Shown: positions 9,780 to 22,976, numbered from the whole stretch's first letter. The stretch is 62,636 nt of DNA, filler included, from 10 parts of 10 records of this genome joined end to end with filler, not necessarily neighbours in it; one strand, 5' to 3'. Numbers and translations: made by a program. Notes: generated by a model not told the origin, from the letters alone.

Positions 9780-10934
9780 TTATCTGAGTAGACCCATGAC
9801 TGCTTGCGAAGAAGTATTGGCTTGAGCCAACATTGAAGTACTTGCTTGTACAAGGATCTGATTCTTGGTGAACTCACTCATCTCAGCAGCCATATCGACG
9901 TCACGAATGACCGATTCGGATGCTGTTTTGTTTTCGATTGCTACCGAAAGGTTAGATGAAGTGTATCCCAACCTGTTGATCAGAGTACCTACAGTACTTC
10001 TCTGACTTGCGAGGTAACCAATTGCGTCATCAATGACAGTCAAAGCTGTTTGTGCAGTTGACTGACTACCGAGATCGATATCGGCGGAGTTTGTTCCGTC
10101 ACGCAGATTGGAAAGTGCAATACTGGAAAGGTTGAAGCCCAAACGGGAGTCACCTTCGTTTTTGCTACCAATCTGGAACTGTGCCTGTCCAAGCGCAGTT
10201 GTGTCGAATTCCGCTGCAGTAGTTACAGTACCACCATTTACCTGTGTCCAGAACTGATCATTGACTTCCAGTTTGACACCAAGTTCACTGAAGTTCAAGG
10301 TGGCATCTTCATTCTCACCGAGAGCTGCAACACCAGCGAGACTTACTTGCTGTGAAATTGCACCATCTGTCATGGTCATTGTCTGACCGGCAACAGAAAT
10401 AGCGGATACCGCATAGTTTGTTGCTCCCTTGGCATTTGAAACATCAATTTTTTCAACACCGTTGGCAGCGACCAACTCAGTAGCACCGGTGGAAGATAAG
10501 CTCACTGAACCGAAGCTTCCATCGATAAGACTTACACCATTATACTCGGTAAATCCGACGATACGATCGATTTCTGATTCCAGATGTGTTGCTTCAGCGT
10601 CGATCTTTGAAAGATCTGAAGCAGCATTACCGGAAGCAGCCTGGGTGGCCAATTCTTTCATACGATTAAGAATAAGGTCAACCTGGCTCATAGCACCTTC
10701 AGCAACCTGCAACATCGATACAGCTTCCGATGTATTACGTGAGGCTACCTTTAAGGAGCTGATTTCTCCTCTGAATCTCATTGACGATGCAAGACCAGCC
10801 GCATCATCTGATGCACTGTTAATACGATAGCCAGATGAGAGTTTCTCAAGTGACTTACCCATAGCAGCGTCATTTTTGTTTAGAGCATTAAGAGAACTGA
10901 GAGCTGAAATATTATTTTGAATTCTGAAACTCAT
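9780..10934 (-). CDS. fliC: Flagellin
   Basis: MSFRIQNNISA..LEKLSSGYRINSASDDAAGL; C-term SVIRDVDMAAEMSEFTKNQILVQASTSMLAQAN. Confidence 0.97.
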   Translation of the reverse strand: MSFRIQNNISALSSLNALNKNDAAMGKSLEKLSSGYRINSASDDAAGLASSMRFRGEISSLKVASRNTSEAVSMLQVAEGAMSQVDLILNRMKELATQAASGNAASDLSKIDAEATHLESEIDRIVGFTEYNGVSLIDGSFGSVSLSSTGATELVAANGVEKIDVSNAKGATNYAVSAISVAGQTMTMTDGAISQQVSLAGVAALGENEDATLNFSELGVKLEVNDQFWTQVNGGTVTTAAEFDTTALGQAQFQIGSKNEGDSRLGFNLSSIALSNLRDGTNSADIDLGSQSTAQTALTVIDDAIGYLASQRSTVGTLINRLGYTSSNLSVAIENKTASESVIRDVDMAAEMSEFTKNQILVQASTSMLAQANTSSQAVMGLLR

Positions 10935-10940
10935 AACTTT

Positions 10941-10980
10941 CCTCCTTGAAAGTATCAATTGGGACAGCGTCCTTGCTGTC
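10941..10980 (-). promoter_or_regulatory. Putative CsrA/RsmA binding sites in the fliC leader
   Basis: Hairpin GACAGC-AAGGAC-GCTGTC with GGA in the loop (10963-10980) plus CAAGGAGG at the SD. Confidence 0.6.
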
Positions 10981-10999
10981 TTTATGTGGGTACGAATTT

Positions 11000-11099
11000 N
11001 NNNNNNNNNNNNNNNNNNNNNNNNNNNNNNNNNNNNNNNNNNNTTAATTAATTAANNNNNNNNNNNNNNNNNNNNNNNNNNNNNNNNNNNNNNNNNNNN
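11000..11099. other. Artificial contig spacer
   Basis: N-TTAATTAATTAA-N. Confidence 0.99.
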
Positions 11100-11122
11100 G
11101 GTTCGACTCCCGCCAGCTCCAC
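11100..11122 (+). ncRNA. ssrA: 3' end (T arm and acceptor strand) of tmRNA, or an att-site copy of it
   Basis: GGTTCGACTCCCGCCAGCTCCAC matches the conserved tmRNA 3' terminus; only 23 nt visible. Confidence 0.65.
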
Positions 11123-11575
11123 TTTTTCATTTTTAGCTCCTGCAAATAAATGCAATAAAACGTATAAGCAAAGAGGGCATTACTTTAAATCCGTTTGACA
11201 AATTTATGTTGAGTTACGAAACCGTGAGCCGTGTATTTTAACAAGTCTCATCGCCCTATTTGTTTATGTGCAAAGAAACTATTTAAGATTCGAAACAGAT
11301 GGAAAATTACAAGGTCGACTAAATTGGTTATCTTGTCCGCAAGATCATTAAGTCTGAGTTTCTTATATTTTTCCAAAAACGAGTTACGATAATTAATTGT
11401 TTTATCTGGATCTTCCTTTTCTTAATTTCAGCTCTTTGTTGATTTGAAAATGCTCTCAAAAGAATGAAATTTTAGTAGTTTAGTTTTATCACTTTAAATT
11501 TGATTGAAAAATTAAGTTTTCAACATCGATAGACAAATTGAATTCTCTAAAAGCAATAATGAATTTTTCAATTTG

Positions 11576-11583
11576 TAACTTTG
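11576..11583 (+). promoter_or_regulatory. Bacteroidota -7 promoter element
   Basis: TAACTTTG fits TAnnTTTG, ~65 nt before the TPR gene. Confidence 0.4.
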
Positions 11584-11648
11584 AGCCGTTCTTATATAAA
11601 CAAGTCTAACAAGGACGATATTAGATTAATAAATAATTTGAGAAATAA

Positions 11649-12338
11649 ATGAGTAAAGAGAAGAAAGAGAAAAAGAACCTGATGGAAGGAGAAACATATA
11701 AAACACTTAAAGCTTTATATTATTCAGGCAAAGTGAAGCCGGCATTAAACAAAATTCTAATCGAGTTAAAAAATGATTCTGAAAACCTAGAGCTCTCTCT
11801 TTTGGCTTGTCAGTGCTTAATAAGAACGAAGAATTTTGATGACTTGTCTGAGAATGCTAATGTTTGCATTAATTTAGATTCGAATAATGCGGAAGGATAT
11901 TATTACAAGGGTGTGGCCGTTCAACACACAAAAGGAAAAGAGCAAAAAGCTCTAAAAAACTTTAATGAAGCATTAACTTTAGACCCAGACAACCCTATTT
12001 ACCTTAAAGGTAAGGCTACCACCCATCTTTTACTTTTCAAAGATTATCATTTGCCTTTAAAATTTGCTGAAAAACACAGGGATAAAGCTAAAGAGAGTCT
12101 ATTAAAAATTATTGAGCTGATTGAGCAAAAAGAAAATCCTGATTATATAGACTTTTTTACTATTGCTGACGCAAATACCCTGGTAGGCCGAAACCAACAT
12201 GCCAAGAAGTATTTCATTAAAGCGGTAAATGCCTTTAATACTACTGAGAAAGCAGAACAAGATATGAACATATATAAAGACATAATTAAGGCTCAAAAAG
12301 CTTGTATAAAATTGACGAATAAAATCATTGAAGATTAA
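11649..12338 (+). CDS. Tetratricopeptide repeat protein
   Basis: NAEGYYYKGVA...ALKNFNEALTLDPDNPIYLKGKA TPR pattern. Confidence 0.8.
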   Translation: MSKEKKEKKNLMEGETYKTLKALYYSGKVKPALNKILIELKNDSENLELSLLACQCLIRTKNFDDLSENANVCINLDSNNAEGYYYKGVAVQHTKGKEQKALKNFNEALTLDPDNPIYLKGKATTHLLLFKDYHLPLKFAEKHRDKAKESLLKIIELIEQKENPDYIDFFTIADANTLVGRNQHAKKYFIKAVNAFNTTEKAEQDMNIYKDIIKAQKACIKLTNKIIED

Positions 12339-12425
12339 TTACAATAAAACTCTTTTAATATTATCAACAAAAAAGGAAGCATGATTTTCAAAAAAACAAA
12401 ATATTTTCTCATTAAACTATAGTTT

Positions 12426-12825
12426 ATGACCTACCAAGATGATTTTATTATTTTCTGGGAACAAGTAAAAGAAAGTGTACAAGAAGGCCGCTTTGCGAAG
12501 TTAACTATGGCAAAGACCATTGGTAAGCCTAACTTGAGGAATATATTTGTCAGGCCAGTCTATTCTGAAGATGGCTTTAAAGTTTTGCTTAAATTGCGCT
12601 ACAGGTCTTTAGAGACCCAGGATAAGGAAGATGAACTTACATTAGAGGAAGCTTTTTGTGGTCGTGAAATCACATCTCATAAAGTCTTTTTCATCTGTTC
12701 TGCTATTTACTACAACTAAAGATGTTACATTCAAAATTAATAAAAAGGGTGTCGGAAGCATTACTGAAGCTGAGCCTACATTTAGTGACGCTACGCCAGT
12801 TAAGCGGAATGCAGATTGGTGGTAG
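12426..12825 (+). CDS. Hypothetical protein, frameshifted in the T-run near 12653-12657
   Basis: Removing one T joins ...LEEAF to VVVKSHLIKSFSSVLLFTTTKDVTFKINKKG...ADWW* (~132 aa). Confidence 0.65.
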
Positions 12826-13258
12826 GAGTTGCAGCATTGCAATGTTACGTGGTTTGTGAAAGTTGATTGTTCCTTTTAAAAATCATTTTCTTTTTTCTTA
12901 AAGTCTGAAGTATTAAACAACAGTATGATTAATGAAAAGCCATTGTACAGCATTATCCAAACTGTATTAAAATGCAATTTAAACTAACCGCTATACTTTT
13001 GAGTTCGACAAGTTTTTCAAGGTGACAATTCGAAGAAAAACAACTTACCTAACTTCGAAAATATTCAGATACATTTTTCAATCGCTTGTACTTCTTTTTA
13101 CTTTTAACTTTACGAATTCTTTCGAACGAGCTCTTTTTGAAAGCTTTAAATTTATCTGGTATAAATTCTTAATAGCATGTCTACCTTTAGACTTATATAG
13201 CTTAGCGAAAATTAAGAATCCCAAATTAAATTCGTAAGAACGGCAGTGCAAATCAAGA

Positions 13259-14463
<1,205 letters not shown>

Positions 14464-14498
14464 TTAAAGACAACAAAATGAATAATAAGAGTATTCCT

Positions 14499-15275
14499 TT
14501 AATTAAGTACTACCCAATCAGTAATTACTTCACCTGTAGTAGTCCATAACTTGCTTAACTCTTCTTGTAATCCTGATAAATCAGCAAATTTTACTTTTGA
14601 TTCTTCGGTAAATATACTATTCAAAGCATCAACCGATTCCAGTTGTATTATCAATGCAATTTTCCCGGCATCAGTACCTTTCATTCCTTTTACAAGTATA
14701 GCACTCATACCTTTTCCACCTTTATTAAATGCCGGAATATATTTGTTATTATAGAATGCTTCTACCTTATCGAGGGTAACACCTGGTTTTAGTTCATTCA
14801 TATCGCTTAACATATGAAAACCGAGAACATTGCCTTCTTTTACCGATATCTCTGAATTAAGTACATTCCAGTCGGTAATTACTTCACCGGTTTGTTCTGC
14901 TAATTCGCTCATTTTTTTTGCTGATTCCATCATTTGTTTCATCCTCTCCTCACTCATATTTGCAAAAGCCTCTTCTGAAAAGTTTTTATCAAAAACCGCT
15001 TTCGACTCAATAACCATAAGTAATGCCAGTTTCCTGGCATCGGCACCTTTTACCCCTTTTAAAAGTTTATAGGAAATACCTTTGTAATTTTTATTGCTAT
15101 TTGGGATATATTCGTTTAAATAATAGTCTTCCAACTGTTCATTTGTAATTCCGGGCTTTAACTGATACATATCGCTGATATGATGAAAGCCTATGATATT
15201 ACCCGGTTTAAGATTTTGTCCAAAAATAATTCCTGTAAGAAGAATAAAGGATAGTAATAAAATTAATTTTTTCAT
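14499..15275 (-). CDS. Secreted hypothetical protein of two tandem ~115-aa repeats
   Basis: Signal peptide; both halves have GNxxGFH..SDM..LKPG.T...YIP...KG.KG.DA.K.AL...TGEVITDW.VLN. Confidence 0.85.
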   Translation of the reverse strand: MKKLILLLSFILLTGIIFGQNLKPGNIIGFHHISDMYQLKPGITNEQLEDYYLNEYIPNSNKNYKGISYKLLKGVKGADARKLALLMVIESKAVFDKNFSEEAFANMSEERMKQMMESAKKMSELAEQTGEVITDWNVLNSEISVKEGNVLGFHMLSDMNELKPGVTLDKVEAFYNNKYIPAFNKGGKGMSAILVKGMKGTDAGKIALIIQLESVDALNSIFTEESKVKFADLSGLQEELSKLWTTTGEVITDWVVLN

Positions 15276-15323
15276 AAAAATAATTTTAAAAAGCAGTTTT
15301 AATAAAATGTAGTTAGCAAAATC

Positions 15324-16520
15324 TTACTTAAATATTTTTGAAGTAAAATCAATCAGGTTTAACCTCCAATAGCTCCAAACATGAGCATAACCTTCGGTCT
15401 GGATATCATCAAAATGAATTCCTTTTTGTTTAAGCCAATTCCTTACCTTTAATTGAGAATCGAGTAATGGGTCTTTCGTACCAATTGTTAAATAAATAAG
15501 TTCAAATTCAGAATTAACCGAAGAATCAAGCTGTGGAAATACGTTGTTTCCAATTGCCTCCACATCTACATCATCAATATCGGGGGCAGGGCGAACCTGT
15601 GGCCAAACCACAAATGCACCACTAAACGATCCAACCCAATCATAATAATCGCTATATGTAAATGCAGTATATGTTGCCTGTCCCCCACCCATCGACAAGC
15701 CTGCAATTGCACGGCTTTCGCTTTTTGAAATGGTTTTATAATTGTTGTCAACAAAAGGAATTATATCTTTTATGATACTTTCTTCAAACTTTCCTGCATT
15801 ATTATAAATATCCACTCTAAGGTTTCCTCCAGGCGAATTCGCATCATCGAAAGAAGAACTTTGATAATAGTTTCCATTGGTCATCACCATTATCATTGGT
15901 TTGGCTTTCCCTTGTGCAATCAAATTGTCAAGAATATTGACCGCCGCACCCACCGACATCCAGTCCTCTTCGTCGCCTCCAACTCCATGAAGCAGATACA
16001 GCACGGGGTACTTTTTATTATTTGATTCATATCCCGGAGGGGTATAAATCTTCATCCTGCGTTTCATTCCAAGCACAGGTGAATCGTACCAAACATTAGA
16101 AACGGTGCCATGCGGAACATCATTCATTTTATACAAATCAGATGTTTCACCCGAAACGATGAAATAATTTAGAACATTTTTATTCCCCAATTTTTGAAAA
16201 TTAAGCGGGTCAAGTACTTTAACTCCGTTAACCTGGAATGAATAAGAGTACAAATCTTCTTTTAATGGCTGTTTCGTTGTATATGTCCAAATCCCGTCAT
16301 TTCCCTTAATCATTTTTTCACCTGAATTGAAGTTGGCCATCCATTCACCTTTTAATTTTACATCGCTGGCTTCGGGCGCGAATAAATTGAAAGTTACATA
16401 ATTGTCGTTCAAAATTACAGGTGAACTTAATGTTTGAGCATTAATTTGTGCCAAACCGGCATAAGCAAAAAAAGCAGAAACTACAACTAGTACGAATCTT
16501 TTTCTGTTTAGACTTTTCAT
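15324..16520 (-). CDS. CBM48-like + CE1-type esterase
   Basis: [44 protein letters not shown]. Confidence 0.9.
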   Translation of the reverse strand: MKSLNRKRFVLVVVSAFFAYAGLAQINAQTLSSPVILNDNYVTFNLFAPEASDVKLKGEWMANFNSGEKMIKGNDGIWTYTTKQPLKEDLYSYSFQVNGVKVLDPLNFQKLGNKNVLNYFIVSGETSDLYKMNDVPHGTVSNVWYDSPVLGMKRRMKIYTPPGYESNNKKYPVLYLLHGVGGDEEDWMSVGAAVNILDNLIAQGKAKPMIMVMTNGNYYQSSSFDDANSPGGNLRVDIYNNAGKFEESIIKDIIPFVDNNYKTISKSESRAIAGLSMGGGQATYTAFTYSDYYDWVGSFSGAFVVWPQVRPAPDIDDVDVEAIGNNVFPQLDSSVNSEFELIYLTIGTKDPLLDSQLKVRNWLKQKGIHFDDIQTEGYAHVWSYWRLNLIDFTSKIFK

Positions 16521-16574
16521 ATTTTTTTGATTAAGGGTAGATAATTATTTTGTTTTTAAATCCTTGAATTCAAA

Positions 16575-17483
<909 letters not shown>

Positions 17484-17488
17484 TTATT

Positions 17489-17544
17489 GGCTAAAGCCGG
17501 AATACAAAATACCATTTATTACCCCCGGCTGAAGCCGGGGGCTA
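17489..17544. repeat. REP-like intergenic palindromic element
   Basis: GGCTAAAGCC followed by CCCCCGGCTGAAGCCGGGGG. Confidence 0.55.
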
Positions 17545-17604
17545 TCAAAGATTAAAATGCAAATCTTTAGCTATCTGTTAAATTCTTCACCAATTCGTTA
17601 TAAT

Positions 17605-18801
17605 TTATTTAAATAAAAGTTGAGCAAAATCTCCGAGGTAAATTCTCCAGCATTTCCAAATGTGGCCGCCACCTGTTTCAACATAGGTATATTTCATTTC
17701 AGTTTCATCGAGCATTGCTCTAAATTCCTTGTTTTGTTCATACAAGAAATCATCTTTTCCAATTCCCAGCCAGTAAAGTTTTAAGCCATTTTCCTTTTGT
17801 TTGCGGAAAGAAGAATCAAAATTGGCAAAAACACCTCTGCCATCATTTTGAATTACATTATGCGCAGAAGAAAATACGCCTACATAATCAAAGGTATTTT
17901 CATAAATACTTGAAATATGAATGGCATGAAATCCCCCCATCGACAAACCAGCAATAGCGCGATGTGCCATATCGGGAATTGCACGGTAATTACTTTCAAT
18001 AAAGTCAATAATTTCCTTAAAATTTGACTCAAATGTTCCGTCGCTGATTGGATAGTCGGTAGAATGTTTTGGTTTGGTAAATCCTAAACTGCTCTCTCCG
18101 GGTGCGGCTTCCATGTCGATATGACCATTTGGCATAACTACAATCATAGGTTCAGCTTTTCCCAGAGCAATAAGATTATCCATTATTTGAGCAGTTCTGC
18201 CAAAAATAGCCCATTCATCTTCATCGCCTCCATAACCATGCAACAGGTATAATACAGGGTAGTTTTTACCGCTGTTTTCATAGCCCGGAGGGGTATAAAT
18301 ATTGATTCGACGATCCATTGCGAGGCTTGTTGATTCGTACCACCGATGGGTTAAAGAACCATGTGGAACATCTTTTACCTCATATAAATCACCCTGTCCG
18401 TTGCCTACAATATAAACGTTGGTAATGGTCGCAAAATCACGAAAAACATACGGATTATTCGGATCGGTAGTGGCAACTCCATCAACCAAAAATAAATAGC
18501 TGTATAACTCTGATGCAAGAGACTTTGTTGTTAAAGTCCATACGCCATCTTTATCTTTCTTCATTGGCAAAGAGCCCGAAGCAACCATCCCTCCTATTGG
18601 CTCCTTTTCCGTTTCTGCCACAAAATCTCCGGCTACCATTACATTTTCAGCATCGGGAGCTAAAAACCTAAAAGTTACCGAATTATCATTATTTACTACT
18701 GCCGATTCAATTTCCTGCCCACCAAAAAGGTTCTGTTGAGCCTTTGTTTGAAAAGCATACACAGCTATAAACAAACATATTAATAAAGCGATTCTCTTCA
18801 T
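17605..18801 (-). CDS. CBM48-like + CE1-type esterase
   Basis: [46 protein letters not shown]. Confidence 0.9.
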   Translation of the reverse strand: MKRIALLICLFIAVYAFQTKAQQNLFGGQEIESAVVNNDNSVTFRFLAPDAENVMVAGDFVAETEKEPIGGMVASGSLPMKKDKDGVWTLTTKSLASELYSYLFLVDGVATTDPNNPYVFRDFATITNVYIVGNGQGDLYEVKDVPHGSLTHRWYESTSLAMDRRINIYTPPGYENSGKNYPVLYLLHGYGGDEDEWAIFGRTAQIMDNLIALGKAEPMIVVMPNGHIDMEAAPGESSLGFTKPKHSTDYPISDGTFESNFKEIIDFIESNYRAIPDMAHRAIAGLSMGGFHAIHISSIYENTFDYVGVFSSAHNVIQNDGRGVFANFDSSFRKQKENGLKLYWLGIGKDDFLYEQNKEFRAMLDETEMKYTYVETGGGHIWKCWRIYLGDFAQLLFK

Positions 18802-18931
18802 CACAAAATATTCCAGATTATCTTATTATTCAGTTTAAGTGCAATCTCTCCATTTTTAACGCCGGTTCTTTCATATTTAACCATTAGGAAAAAAATAAAA
18901 ATTGCTATAAACTGAGCTTTTCAAATTAAAA

Positions 18932-19304
18932 TTATTTACACTGTTCAGAATAATGACGAGTAAACCATGCCAGTGCATATGCAAGACTATCGTACCAGTA
19001 ATAAGTAGCATGTCCTCCGTTACGAGAACGAAATTCGCAAGTCAGGCCAGCCTTTTTCATTGCCTGGTAGCATGCTACATTGGCATCATAAAGAAAATCG
19101 TCATCACCACAATCCAAAACAAAATTTACAGTTTTAATTGCTTCAATTTGTTCTTCCGATAAATCATCGATATTAAATTGTCGGCTGAATGTACTGTTTT
19201 CCTCTTCTTTGGCATTCAGCGTAGAAGGAACGGCTCCACTAATAGCATAAACACTGCTGAACATTTCGGGATGAGTAATTCCATACATAAAAGAACCACC
19301 GCCA
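18932..19304 (-). CDS. CE1-type esterase, C-terminal fragment (contig end)
   Basis: HPEMFSSVYAISG, LDCGDDDFL, NGGHATYYW. Confidence 0.82.
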
Positions 19305-19404
19305 NNNNNNNNNNNNNNNNNNNNNNNNNNNNNNNNNNNNNNNNNNNNTTAATTAATTAANNNNNNNNNNNNNNNNNNNNNNNNNNNNNNNNNNNNNNNN
19401 NNNN
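19305..19404. other. Artificial contig spacer
   Basis: N-TTAATTAATTAA-N. Confidence 0.99.
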
Positions 19405-19405
19405 G

Positions 19406-20173
19406 CCTGATAAAGAACACCCTTTTGGCCATGGTAAATTTGAAACCGTTGCAACGTTCCTGCAGTCTTTATTTATCGCCGGATCAGGCACCTGGATTCT
19501 GTTTGAATCCTACCGTCGCCTTCGCAGCGGCGTGCATCTTAGCGGTTTGGGTGGGGGAATGGCAGTTCTTATCTTCGGGGCTATTGTTTCGCTATGGATC
19601 AGCCGGATGCTGAAAAAGGTCGCCCGTGAAACCGATTCCGCAGCCCTGAAAGCGGATGCCATCCATTTCTCCATGGATGTCTATACAAATGGGGCCCTGT
19701 TCGCCGGGCTGCTGGCTATTTCACTGTTCGGGATCGTCTGGCTTGACCCGGTTCTTTCCATTCTGGTGGCGATCTATATTCTGATCGAATCCTTCCGTCT
19801 GTTGCGGCATGTGATGCGAGATATCCTTGACGTTGAACTGCCGGAACCGCTACGTAATGAAATCATTCATTTGATTGAAAGCTTTGAGGGAGGGTTTGTC
19901 GGCTATCACAACCTTCGTACCCGACGCGCCGGATCCCAGAAAATAATGGATTTCCACCTTGTCGTTTGCCGCAAAATCACCATGGAGGAAGCCCATAATA
20001 TAGCCGATTCATTAGAAAAAAGGATTGAGGAAACGCTTCAGGGAGCGGATGTTACGATTCACCTGGAGCCCTGCGAGGAGAGTCCCTGCCGGGGACCTTC
20101 CGTCTGCCCCGTGGCCCGGAAAAATGGTGTCAGCCCGGCTGAACAATGCTGGCGAAAACCCCATAAAGAATAA
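19406..20173 (+). CDS. Cation diffusion facilitator (FieF-like), 5' partial
   Basis: PDKEHPFGHGKFE in frame from contig start; ALKADAIH..MD, HNLRTRRAG, TIHLEP. Confidence 0.9.
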   Translation, partial: PDKEHPFGHGKFETVATFLQSLFIAGSGTWILFESYRRLRSGVHLSGLGGGMAVLIFGAIVSLWISRMLKKVARETDSAALKADAIHFSMDVYTNGALFAGLLAISLFGIVWLDPVLSILVAIYILIESFRLLRHVMRDILDVELPEPLRNEIIHLIESFEGGFVGYHNLRTRRAGSQKIMDFHLVVCRKITMEEAHNIADSLEKRIEETLQGADVTIHLEPCEESPCRGPSVCPVARKNGVSPAEQCWRKPHKE

Positions 20174-20198
20174 TAGATGCGCTGACTGGCGGGTTATC

Positions 20199-20715
20199 CT
20201 AACTGTTGGCGACATATTCCTTTAGAGCTTGTTGGTAAACTTCTTGATCCTGCTCGGAAAAGCAGACAAAATAAACTTTTTCGATAATTTGAGAATCTTC
20301 CTGAAATGCCTTCACTTCCCGAATTGCAATACGGCTGGCACGCTTGATGGGAAAGCCGTAAACCCCGGTGCTGATGGACGGAAAGGCGATCGTTTTAACG
20401 TCATGTTGCGCGGCCAGTTTGAGGCTGTTGCGGTAACATGAAGCGAGCCTTTGCATCCTCCCCGTGGGTTCCTCCCTTCCAGACCGGGCCGACGGTATGG
20501 ATGACAAAACGGCTGGGAAGCTGATATCCTCCCGTTATCCTGGCCTCTCCCGTTGGACAGCCACCGAGGTTGCGGCATTCTTCCAGAAGTTCCGATCCCG
20601 CCGCCCGGTGAATGGCACCATCGACCCCTCCCCCGCCAAGAAGCGACCTGTTGGCAGCATTGACAATTGCGTCGACCTGTACTTTGGTAATATCCCCCCG
20701 CACGACTTCAATCAT
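20199..20715 (-). CDS. Macro-domain O-acetyl-ADP-ribose deacetylase (YmdB-like), frameshift near 20450
   Basis: [39 protein letters not shown], then [23 protein letters not shown] in a second frame. Confidence 0.9.
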
Positions 20716-20943
20716 TTTTTCCTCCCGTCGAAAAAACCGATTTGGCCTTAACCCGAATTAGTCATGAAGTTTTCTGTTGCAAACGTCAGATCCTTATGAA
20801 CAATACGGATAAAGTTATATTTTATATCAATCCAGCAATTTGGGGGAATGACCAAATGGAAAAAATGAAAATCGTTACAAATTAATGAAGGAGAGAGGGG
20901 TTAATGTTGGTTGTAACAATAGGGGAGCGAATGGGAGCTCAAT

Positions 20944-22976
20944 TTAAACATCAAGCGGGGAAATCAATTTTTCTCCAAAATCCATGAAATTAATCTCCTG
21001 CGTATCGACAAGAAGCATCATATTCGCCGGGGCTTCACTGGTGGCAACCAGAATCTGGTTCTCGGACGGTTCGAGGTTTTGGAGGCGGGAATAAAATGCC
21101 TTTTTGTCATCACGGCTGATGTTCTGCTGAGCAGGTTCGTCAATAAAGCTGATTTGCGGATGATTAAAAGAATAAAACGCTTGTGTCTGCTGAAGCGCAA
21201 TGACATAGCTCCACATCAGGCGAATACGGTCACTTGCAGATAAATCATAATGAATATCCATCCCTTCGAGACCAGGAAGGTAGGTTTCCAAGGACAATTT
21301 CAGCTTACCGGCATCCGCACTGGAAAAACCAAAGCTTCTGAGGTTTTCGATCAGGAGAACAAGAAATTTTTTGAGCTTCTGCTTGTCTGTTTTGGTATGG
21401 AACTCTTTTCGCAGAGTTGCCTGTTCTGCCAGCAATTCCTTCCAGCGCTTGGAAAGCTTGCTTATTTCTCCTGTTTTTCTGTCAATTTTCCCAACCATGG
21501 ATTCAAATTCGCGAATTTTTTCCTTTCGTTGTAATAGTTCCCTCACCTCAAAGCCATGACCATCCTCATCAGATGGGGTGTTTTGCTTAATATGTTGGAT
21601 TTTTTTCCTCAACTCGGAGACCTTTTGGCTCTTCTGCTCAAAAATGCGTCCGGTTTCTTCAAGGTTACTTTCAGCAGCTTCCAGAAGAATGCTCGCAGCC
21701 AACTTTTGTTTTTCAGTTTTTTCTCTTTTATCTTTAAGTGAAAACATGTTTACGGATGTATCGTCCAAACAACCGAAGTTTCCACCCTTTTTCTCTCCAA
21801 GAAAACCATACTTGTCAGGAAATAGCGAGTCGAGTTCAAATTCCGTTTCCTCTTCCTCAACTTTTTGATCGATAGCTTTTAGCGCTCGTTCCAGGCCGGA
21901 AACTTTTTGCTGAAGAAATTTGACGTTTTCCCTTTCATCAAAAAAATTATCTCTTATTTCAGTTAAAGCTATCTGCTCGGCAGCATATTGTTTTTCCAGA
22001 AGATGGATTTCGGACTGAAGTGAATGGTCATGTTGTGGCTCGAAAACAGGAATGCTCCTACCTTCCATCGAAGAAAATTCTTCCCTAAGGGAAGACACCA
22101 GTTTTTCGAGAGAAACCCAGTTCTGTTTTTGCGAAACCATCACCTGAGGTGGCGTGTGTGGATCGTAAGTAATAATCGGTTTTCTCGGAAAGTTGTGAAG
22201 CCTACCCCCGGCTTCAACAGCCATGGCTTGGAAAAAACCCTCCATTTCAGCCCACTGATTTTTCAATTCATCAATAGCCTCGATAAGTTTTCTTTTTTCC
22301 TCGAAATGTCACTGACATCCAGATTGAACATAAATTCGAAAGCAGCCTGACGGGGTTTCTGCAAACAAGAATTTGCGGATAGACGGTCCTGGCCAACATT
22401 CCAACTGTGACACTGGTCAATAAAAACCAGCGAAAAGATAGCTTCGAGTGGCAAGCGGGCTTCGCCGCCCTGATTAGTGCTTATCTGGGGGAGATTCCAG
22501 TTAAGAAAATCAGCGAGTTTTTCAGAAAAAAGAATTTTATCGGTATCATCATCCTGATTTTCGACGAGACAGACCTGCTCCTGGTAAATTTGTTCATGAG
22601 GGCTGGAAAGCTTGGCCCCCTCAAAAACGGATATAATATTGGTATCGGTCTCACCAACGATCTGTCTTTTGAGTGTCAAAAACCGGTTTTTGGCATTCCT
22701 GATTTCCAGCTCAACAAATGACTCAAGAACATTGTGCGTTTTTTCTTCATAAAGAAGCTCTTTTTTTAAAACCGGCTTTAAGATGGAAATCCCCTCATGC
22801 CCCAACATCTTTTCAAGCCCAAGTGCATAGAGAATCGCGTTCAGGCAGGTGCTTTTCCCAGAGGATTTATCACCACGTAAAACATTCAAACCATCTTGGA
22901 ATTTCAGAAGTGTTCCGAATTTTTTATCGGGGGTTACTAGGGAGATTTTTAAGGTTTTAATGAATAGTTTCTGCAT
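20944..22976 (-). CDS. SMC/Rad50-like ABC ATPase (Lamassu LmuB / ABC three-component type), frameshift in the A-run near 22295
   Basis: Walker A GDKSSGKST with GLNVLRG and ILYALGLE; long coiled coil; signature SASD.IR; Walker B NHP..FIDEPAQQN. One added A joins the ORFs (..RKKRKLIEAIDELKNQW..). Confidence 0.75.

Noticed and set aside
20199-20715. Macro-domain gene as the defence effector of the SMC ATPase
   Set aside because: Looks like a stand-alone YmdB-type enzyme, ~230 bp away; adjacency alone is not enough.
22263-22266. SMC-like ATPase as a genuine two-gene split
   Set aside because: One base added in an A-run restores a continuous coiled coil; second ORF lacks an SD.
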